Source: Patescibacteria group bacterium
Lineage (GTDB): Bacteria > Patescibacteriota > JAHJAL01
NCBI GenBank assembly: GCA_036794765.1
Contig: DAIRGB010000002.1
Span: 1-34,522, forward strand
Length of the DNA: 34,522 nt
Direction of reading: 5' to 3'
Part shown: in pieces, positions 24,629 to 31,305 of the stretch
Position numbering within the stretch: position 1 is the first letter of the stretch
Layout: every line of letters starts with the position of its first letter
The notes under the pieces: model-generated
Databases searched by the model: none
Seen by the model: only the letters and a program-made list of their open reading frames with translations
Told to the model about the DNA's origin: nothing
Made by a program: the position numbers and the translations under genes

Positions 24629-26521
24629 TTATTTTTTAAGAATAATTACTTCTTCTCCTTGTTTTAGACCATTGATAATTTCGGTTAGGCTGTTGCCGCG
24701 TAGGCCGATTTCGACTGGTTTGGTTGCTGTTGTATTTGTTTTTTGATCTTGTATAAATTCGATGACATTTTGTCCATTTTCTTTTTTGATTGATTGATTG
24801 GGTACGGCCAAAGCATTTTCTTTTTCAGCGGTAATAATTTCAATATTGGCGGTCATACCCGGTTTTATTTTTTCATCCTGACTTTCCAAGATTACTTTGG
24901 TTTTGTAATATACAACGCCTTGAATGATAGTGGCGGCGGGGTCGATTTTGACAACTGTACCATCATATTGTTTGTCTTTGGAAAAGGCATCAAAGTCGAT
25001 TAGGGTTTTATCACCGATTTTTATTTTGTCGATATCGGTTTCGGCGATGTCGGCATTGATTTCGAATTTAGCATTGGATTGGAGTTGGATGGCGGGATTG
25101 GCAGAGGTGCTTTGTTCTCCCAGACTAACATTGATTTGGGTAATTGTTCCATCGATAGGGGCGACGATTTGAAGATTGGAAAGTTGTGCTTCTATAACTT
25201 TACTGGCAGCAGTAGCTTGGGCGACTTGGGCCTGGGCGACAGCAATGGCAGCGGCGGTAGGACCGGCTTTTTTTAGTTTGAGTTGTTCTTGTTGAGTTTT
25301 TAGTTGATCTTCAGCGTTTTTAACTTGTTCTTGAGAGTTGTTTAGTTTGGTTTCGTTACCAATTTTGGTAGTAACAATATTTTCTTCAGCAGTTTTGGTT
25401 TGATTTTCTTATGATATGACTTGGTTTTTGGCGTTGTCGATAGAGGTCTGATTACTCATTTTGGTGTTCTCGATGGCATTGGAAAGATTTTGGGCACTGG
25501 TCAGATTGGAATTGGTAGTAGCTTCATTGCTGGATTGCCGACTTTTGAGAGTGGCCAAATCGGAAGCGGAAAAGAAATATTTGGCATTTTCGGAGTATAA
25601 AAAGAAATTGGTATTGTTTAGAATTTGACTGACAGTATTGATGTAGGCGATGGTGTCGTCGGTGGCTTTTTGGGTGTCGATTTCCGTTTTGGTGGTTTTA
25701 GCAAGATTATAGCTAGATAACGCGGTTTGATACTTGAATTTGGAGTCTGAAAGCAAATTATCACAGTTGGCAGTGCGGATAAAATCAATATTTTTGAAAA
25801 TGTTGTACCAGGTGTTGTTGTCAAATATTTCCTCGATATTGGCCTGGGCTGACAATTCGCTGATGAGAATAATATTGATTTGGTTTAGATTGCTGTCGAT
25901 AGTGTTAATCAGATTTTGTGATGTTTGGTTATTGATATTGGTAAGATTGGTGCGTGATTCGTTGAGTAGTTTTTGAATATTATTTAGATTAGTTTGGGCT
26001 TGTTGGTTGCTATTTTCGATTTCCTTTTTGGTTAATTCGTGATTATTTTTAGCGTTATCAAGAGTATTTTTGGCGTTTTGCACGTTCACTTCTTGAATTG
26101 AAATTTCTTCGGGGCGGTTACCTTCTTGAACTTGCTTGAGTTGAGCTTGAGCAACGGCGATGGAAGCGCGAGATTGGTTTAGTTGGCTGGTTATTTCATT
26201 TGACTCCAAACTAGCCAGAACCGTACCTTTTTTCACAGAATCACCAACTTTGACGTCAATGTTTTCTACGTTACCGGCACCTTTGAAGTTTAAGTTTAAT
26301 TCGTCAGCTGGTTTGATGGTGCCTGTTACTTCTACGCTTTGGCGAATATTTTGAATCTTCGCTGCTTCGGTAATGTAAGGTGATTCTTGAGGTTTGGAAT
26401 ATTGCCAATAGCCGATACCGATAACGGCTATTACTATGATGATTATGAGCCAGAGCCACCACCAGGATTTTTTCCTGGGTTTGAGAAAGTCGTTTGCTTG
26501 ATTATTTTGATCTTGAGCCAT
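24629..26521 (-). pseudogene. HlyD/MacA-family membrane-fusion adaptor interrupted by one in-frame TAA (25409-25411)
   Basis: My manual minus-strand translation shows the same frame continuing straight through the TAA. Upstream are the TM helix, lipoyl half 1 and a long coiled coil. Downstream are more coiled coil, lipoyl half 2 (IVAPIDGTITQINVSLGE), the beta-barrel and the membrane-proximal domain. There is no start codon or RBS just after the stop. Confidence 0.8.
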
Positions 26522-26591
26522 AATTAGGTAATTTAACGATAATATAAATTAATGTTGTGTAAGGAAAATATTTTTGATGCAGATTAAGGGA

Positions 26592-26837
26592 TTATATAGA
26601 ATGTTTTTTGGTTTGTGATTTTTCCAGAGTAGCTAGTTCATCGCTAATTGTCTTTAACAATTGACTGATCTCGTTTGTCTTAATTAATACTATACCGTGA
26701 AAATGCTCATTTTTGAACACGATAAATTGTTCACCGGTTTTAATGGACAATTCTTTGCGAAGTTTGGCTGGGATTACGATTTGGCCTTTGGGACCGACGG
26801 TGGTGGTGCCATAACATTGGGGTTTTTTTGGTAGCAT
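26592..26837 (-). CDS. AbrB/MazE/SpoVT-family DNA-binding protein, first gene of the export operon
   Basis: N-terminal swapped-hairpin motif TTTVGPKGQIVIPAKLRKELSIKTGE. Confidence 0.75.
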   Translation of the reverse strand: MLPKKPQCYGTTTVGPKGQIVIPAKLRKELSIKTGEQFIVFKNEHFHGIVLIKTNEISQLLKTISDELATLEKSQTKKHSI

Positions 26838-26880
26838 AGATATTGTGTTTTAGAAAAGTAAGAAAAGTTATACTTTTTAT

Positions 26881-26909
26881 ATAGTAATTGAAAAAGGTCT
26901 ATTGGTCAA
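26881..26909 (-). promoter_or_regulatory. Sigma-70-like promoter: TTGACC, 17-nt spacer, TACTAT (read on the minus strand)
   Basis: -35 is the complement of 26904-26909 and -10 the complement of 26881-26886, with an exact 17-nt spacer. It sits about 45 nt upstream of the AbrB-like start and just downstream of a terminator hairpin. Confidence 0.45.
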
Positions 26910-26911
26910 CA

Positions 26912-26945
26912 AAAAAAGAAAATTATAAAAATAATTTTCTTTTTT
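26912..26945. terminator. AT-rich 15-bp palindromic hairpin, probable terminator of the upstream minus-strand gene
   Basis: aaaaaagaaaattat-aaaa-ataattttctttttt. The T-run lies within or after the stem on the minus strand. Confidence 0.4.
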
Positions 26946-26967
26946 AAATAATAATTGATGTGCTTAG

Positions 26968-27390
26968 TTAGCTCGTTTTTCTGAATCTTTCTCGATATTG
27001 TCTGGTTGTAACAATTAGTCCATCTTTGTTTTGTCTACTTTCTCGTGTTGAGAATATCTGATCTTGTTGCTTGAAGCCTTCAATATGATCTTCGTTTTTC
27101 CAGATCAGATTAGAGGAAGGTTTTTGAATTTTTTTTTGTGATTTTTTTTCTTCCATTGATTTTTTTTCTTCCATTTCTTCGATGTTTTGTTTCCATTGTT
27201 CGATTCTTTTAAGAGTTAGTTTCACTTCGGGTGTTGGAGTTTTTTTGGCGTTACTATTTTTTTTGTCTTCGATTGCTTTTTCGCACTGTTTGCGATATTT
27301 TTCAAGGTATTTTTTGTGTGCATTTTCGATAATTTCTTTGCTGCTAGGGTTTGTTGAACTAACGATATTTTTTCTTTCTAAAGTGTCCAT
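26968..27390 (-). CDS. Hypothetical Lys/Glu-rich protein
   Basis: 140-aa ORF, highly charged, with a tandem MEEKKS repeat. No domain recognised. Confidence 0.45.
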   Translation of the reverse strand: MDTLERKNIVSSTNPSSKEIIENAHKKYLEKYRKQCEKAIEDKKNSNAKKTPTPEVKLTLKRIEQWKQNIEEMEEKKSMEEKKSQKKIQKPSSNLIWKNEDHIEGFKQQDQIFSTRESRQNKDGLIVTTRQYRERFRKTS

Positions 27391-27464
27391 GATTTGTGTA
27401 AGTAGATTTTAAACTAAAATAAGTAAACAATGTTTTTATAACATTAAATTGTTTATTAGTCAAC

Positions 27465-28229
27465 CTAGAGATTTTGATTGAGTTTTATATATAATAAAAA
27501 TTCTTTATTGCCTTTGGGGCCGAGGAGGGGGCTGGTGGTTTCGTTTATGATGGAAAAATTGTTTTCTTGACAAAATTGCCGGAAGTTTTTTTTGACGAGT
27601 TCGTGAATTTTGGGGTTTTTGACAACACCTTTACGTAAGTTTTTTGGTCCGGCCTCAAATTGGGGTTTCAATAAGCAAACAATTTTTAATTTATAATTTT
27701 TAATTTTTAAACAATTTTGGTTGAGATATTTGGAGAAGATTTTTTTTAGATGAGTCAATATTGTGATTATGGAGATAAAGGAGGTGTCGATGACTACAAG
27801 ATCGATTTTTTCAGGTAAGTTGTCCCAATGGCGGAAGTTGGTTTGTTCCAGACTGATTACTCGAGGATTGATTTTTAATTTGTCGGCGAGTTGGTGGGTG
27901 CCGACGTCGAGCGCAAAGACTTTTTTGGCGTCATTTTGTAGTAAGCAGTCGGTGAAACCACCGGTAGAAGCACCAATATCCAAACAAACGTAATTTTTGG
28001 GCTTGATTTTGAATTCTTTAAAAGCGTGTTCGAGTTTGAGACCGCCGCGGCTGACGTATTTTAGTGGTTGGTTAATGGTGATAATTGAGTTTTGATCAAC
28101 TGTTTGGGAAGGCGAAATCGCTTTTTGTTGGTTAACAAAAACAAGACCCAAGCGAATGGTTAATTGGGCTTGGGATCTTGTAGATGATAGTTGGCGCGAA
28201 ACTAATTCGAGATCAAGGCGTTGTTTCAT
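27465..28229 (-). CDS. tlyA: TlyA-family rRNA (cytidine-2'-O)-methyltransferase
   Basis: N-terminal S4-like region, YVSRGGLKL, CLDIGASTGGFTDCLL (SAM site), DVGTHQL, DTSFIS and LLKPQFEAG. Confidence 0.9.
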   Translation of the reverse strand: MKQRLDLELVSRQLSSTRSQAQLTIRLGLVFVNQQKAISPSQTVDQNSIITINQPLKYVSRGGLKLEHAFKEFKIKPKNYVCLDIGASTGGFTDCLLQNDAKKVFALDVGTHQLADKLKINPRVISLEQTNFRHWDNLPEKIDLVVIDTSFISIITILTHLKKIFSKYLNQNCLKIKNYKLKIVCLLKPQFEAGPKNLRKGVVKNPKIHELVKKNFRQFCQENNFSIINETTSPLLGPKGNKEFLLYIKLNQNL

Positions 28230-29542
28230 TTGGTTTTTTTGATTGAGACGTAGTTTGAGGAGTAAGGGTTAGTAGAATTGGTTAAATAAAATTTTATCTT
28301 GAAGTTGCAGGATGAAGTTTTTTCCAATTCTTCTTTAAATTCTTGATTAACAATTTCCATAATATTGAATGGTGCTTGAGGGGTGGCTTGGAATGATTTT
28401 TTGATTGTTTCTTGGGCTTTGCCATTTTTGTCGAGAAGAATAATTTCTGTCCAGCCGGCATAATCTGTATATAGTATATCGGTGTTATTTAGATATGGAT
28501 CAAAACCGTTGTTGATATTGATCTTTCTGGCTGAAATAGTTTGGTTTTCAACTGTTGATGTATTGTTTGGGGTGTAGTTGGAATATTGAGTGGAATATTG
28601 AGTGGAATATTGTTGGGAGGGGTATTGGTTGGTGTTGTTTACTTGATAGGAGTTGGCGGGAGGAGTGAGGGGTTTGAGGGCGGGAAGGTTTCTAAGAGCG
28701 GCTTCAAAAGCAAGTTGTTTGGCGGTGTGAAGATATATTGTATTTTTTGTGTTTTCATCAACGTATTGTTCGCCGTCTGATCCGTATTGGCTGTATCCGG
28801 TAGAAAAATGATTGGTAGAAAAACCAACATTGAAGCTGTTGTAATTGTCTTTATTGCAGATTGGGCTTTCTCCGTAGATTTGGGCGATCAAGTTACCAAA
28901 TTTGTCATATACTTTGATGCCAACGCGGTATATATATGATTGGTTGGAATCAGCCGTTCCAAAATTTATCGAAAAATTATTGAAACTTATTGAGGGATTG
29001 ATGTTGCGACTGTTGTTATTCAGAGTAATCCAACCGCAATCTTCGGAATATATATTGTAGTCAGGATTGCTAGAACTGGACATATTGTCCGGCATAACCC
29101 AGTTTACTCCTGATGGGATATTATTTATTTTGACTGAAGGGCCATCATATTTTTGTTCCAAAATATTTATCTTTTCACTGTGATTGGGAAAATCTTTGGG
29201 AATAAATTGATTGCTGGAAACAGTGGTGTTTTGTTTAAGATATGTATTATTGGTGTAATCGGGATTTTTGGCAAATGATGGTGTTGGAGAGATGAATTGT
29301 GATGCGATAATTGCGGTTACGACAGCTTTTTTTAATCCGAGAGATTCAATGACGGGGTATTTTTTTTCGAGGTTGTTCAAGTAAGTACAGGTATTACCAA
29401 TATGTTTATCAAGAAAACTTTTGGGAAATTGTTCGTTAAGTTTAGCGTCTAAATTGATAATTTCTTTGGGTGAAGAAGGGTTGTTATTAAAATCTCTTGT
29501 ATTGAGTTTGCCTTCGAATTTTTTTTGGGGGAAATTTTCCAT
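28226..29542 (-). CDS. Hypothetical Asn/Ser/Thr/Tyr-rich protein with one predicted TM segment
   Basis: 438-aa ORF. Its stop overlaps the tlyA start (ATGA). Contains a QYSTQYSTQYS repeat encoded by a 12-nt tandem repeat. Confidence 0.55.
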   Translation of the reverse strand: MENFPQKKFEGKLNTRDFNNNPSSPKEIINLDAKLNEQFPKSFLDKHIGNTCTYLNNLEKKYPVIESLGLKKAVVTAIIASQFISPTPSFAKNPDYTNNTYLKQNTTVSSNQFIPKDFPNHSEKINILEQKYDGPSVKINNIPSGVNWVMPDNMSSSSNPDYNIYSEDCGWITLNNNSRNINPSISFNNFSINFGTADSNQSYIYRVGIKVYDKFGNLIAQIYGESPICNKDNYNSFNVGFSTNHFSTGYSQYGSDGEQYVDENTKNTIYLHTAKQLAFEAALRNLPALKPLTPPANSYQVNNTNQYPSQQYSTQYSTQYSNYTPNNTSTVENQTISARKININNGFDPYLNNTDILYTDYAGWTEIILLDKNGKAQETIKKSFQATPQAPFNIMEIVNQEFKEELEKTSSCNFKIKFYLTNSTNPYSSNYVSIKKTK

Positions 29543-29636
29543 ACTTGAATGTATTTATTAATTTTTTTGGTTAAATTATTGTCTTTTTTATATCATAAAA
29601 ATGCTGATAAATCAAGGTTTATGGCGATTTTGTGAG

Positions 29637-29760
29637 ATTTTTTTATTACAATAAATATTTTTTTGCCATTTTTTAGACTCGGACAATATCTTTATGGAAG
29701 AGACTATTGAACTTAAACAAGTAAAAAATGGCAAAAAAATATTTATTGTAATAAAAAAAT
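29637..29760 (+). repeat. Hairpin E: 37-38 bp perfect inverted repeat (29638-29674 / 29723-29759) around a 48-nt loop
   Basis: Arms verified as exact reverse complements. The loop is agactcggacaatatctttatggaagagactattgaacttaaacaagt. It lies in the divergent intergenic region upstream of yebC. Confidence 0.9.
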
Positions 29761-29851
29761 TATTGTTAGTAAAAGGACAAGAGGTAGTTTTGGCAAAAAA
29801 TGGGGGTTTGGATTATAATTTAGATGATATTTACATATTAACGAAAAAAAT

Positions 29852-30580
29852 ATGTCCGGACATAGTAAATGGGCGAATATTAAACAAAGAAAGGGTGTGC
29901 AAGATGCCAAAAAAGCTGTTGTGTTTACTAAATATGCCAAGATGATTACAGTAGCGGCAAAAGACGGTGGCGGTGATCCGGAGACAAATTTTAAGTTAAA
30001 ATTGGCGATTGATAAAGCCAAACAGGTAAATATGCCATCGGATAATATTAAACGGGCGATTGAAAGAGGGGCTGGTGGTGGAAAGGATGATTTGCAGATT
30101 GAAGAAGTTGTTTATGAGGTTTATGGTCCGGAGGGGTCAGCGGCTTTAATAACTGTTTTTACTGATAATAAAAATCGTTCTTTGGGCGACCTAAAAGGTG
30201 TTTTTGCGAAACTAGGTGGATCTTTGGGAGGGATGGGGACGGTAAATTGGATGTTTGAGAAAAAGGGAGTGATTGAGGTTAAATCAGAGAGCATAAAAGA
30301 TATTGATGAAATAACTTTGGAAGCGATAGATGCCGGAGCAGAAGATGTAGAGCCGGACGAAGGAATTGTTTATTTCTATTGTCAGATAAATGACTTGATG
30401 AGAATGAAAGAATTTTTGGATGGCAAGGGGGTTGTGATCGAGTCGGCGGGAATGGTGAGTTTGCCGAAAAATACGGTTAAAATAGAAGGTGAAGAAAAGA
30501 AGGAAAAAGTGATAAATTGGGTGCAGACTTTGGAGGATTTGGATGATGTGGACAAGGTGGAGACGAATGTGGAGTTGTAG
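29852..30580 (+). CDS. yebC: YebC/PmpR-family transcriptional regulator
   Basis: MSGHSKWANIKQRKG N-terminus and full-length family-typical sequence. Confidence 0.93.
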   Translation: MSGHSKWANIKQRKGVQDAKKAVVFTKYAKMITVAAKDGGGDPETNFKLKLAIDKAKQVNMPSDNIKRAIERGAGGGKDDLQIEEVVYEVYGPEGSAALITVFTDNKNRSLGDLKGVFAKLGGSLGGMGTVNWMFEKKGVIEVKSESIKDIDEITLEAIDAGAEDVEPDEGIVYFYCQINDLMRMKEFLDGKGVVIESAGMVSLPKNTVKIEGEEKKEKVINWVQTLEDLDDVDKVETNVEL

Positions 30581-30585
30581 GGGTT

Positions 30586-30700
30586 ATTTCAAGTCCGAGG
30601 ATAAATTTTATATTTTTTAAACTTGATCAAAGGTTAGAACCAATTATTTTTGATCTTCGGGACAGGTAAAAAATATAAAATTTATCCTCGGATTTGAAAT
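30586..30700 (+). repeat. Hairpin C: 33 bp inverted repeat (30586-30618 / 30668-30700, one G:T pair) around a 49-nt B-related loop
   Basis: The loop is aaacttgatcaaaggttagaaccaattatttttgatcttcgggacaggt, with an internal 7-bp helix gatcaaa/tttgatc. The only mismatch is g30593:t30693. It begins 6 nt after the yebC stop. Confidence 0.9.
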
Positions 30701-30746
30701 AGAGTTGGAAAGAGGGAGAAGAAAATAATATAGGGTAAAGGGATAT

Positions 30747-31244
30747 ATGGTGAGGATATTGGGGATAGATCCTGGTTTGAGGACTACTGGTTATGCGGTG
30801 GTGGATTTTGAAGTTTTAAACTTGAAACTTGAAGCACAAAGTTCTAGAAATTGGGAGGTTGTGGATTACGGAGTGATTGATACTAATCCGGCAGACAAAT
30901 TGTCGAAAAGGTTGAAAGAAATTTATCAAGGAATTGAGGATATTATCGAAAAATATGGTCCCACAAGGGTGGCGGTAGAGAGTTTGTTTTTTTGTAATAA
31001 TCAAAAAACGGCGATGTTGGTAGGGCAGGCAAGAGGAGTGGTATTGTTGGCATGCGAACAAGCCGGATTGAATTTTTTTGAGTTTACACCGAGACAGGTA
31101 AAGCAGGCAGTGGTGGGATATGGCTTGGCGCCGAAAAATCAGATACAATTTATGGTAAAGGAACTTTATGATTTGGCAGAGGAACCGAGGCCTGATGATG
31201 CGGCAGATGCGTTGGCAGTATGTTATTGTTTGATGGTAAATTAG
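30747..31244 (+). CDS. ruvC: Crossover junction endodeoxyribonuclease RuvC
   Basis: ILGIDPG start, AVESLFF and DDAADALAV catalytic-acid contexts. Follows yebC as in many bacteria. Confidence 0.9.
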   Translation: MVRILGIDPGLRTTGYAVVDFEVLNLKLEAQSSRNWEVVDYGVIDTNPADKLSKRLKEIYQGIEDIIEKYGPTRVAVESLFFCNNQKTAMLVGQARGVVLLACEQAGLNFFEFTPRQVKQAVVGYGLAPKNQIQFMVKELYDLAEEPRPDDAADALAVCYCLMVN

Positions 31245-31278
31245 GTTTTGGGTGTTAGGTTCTAGGTTTTAGATTGGG
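31242..31278 (+). repeat. G/T-rich motif R1 (taggttttgggtgttaggttctaggttttagattggg), starting at the ruvC stop codon
   Basis: About 28/34 identical to R2 at 34385-34422. It has no self-complementarity. Confidence 0.6.
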
Positions 31279-31305
31279 AAATAATAAAGTTTTATTTAAA
31301 AAATA

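Noticed and set aside
25409-25411. Genome-wide reassignment of TAA to a sense codon
   Set aside because: TAA terminates several well-supported full-length genes here (recF, pheS, asnS, the metalloprotease gene, pgl) at positions matching normal protein ends. The stop is therefore a local nonsense codon, an error or a read-through site, not a recoded codon.
29694-30021. ORFs 29694-29945 (+) and 29743-30021 (-)
   Set aside because: They are generated by palindrome E and by overlap with the 5' end of yebC. Both are low complexity with no homology signal.
3200-30700. The hairpins as ordinary MITEs, REP elements or IS remnants
   Set aside because: MITE and REP families conserve the terminal inverted repeats, whereas here the arms are the variable part and the interior is conserved. 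I saw no obvious target-site duplications and no transposase or RAYT gene in the window. A mobile origin is still not excluded.
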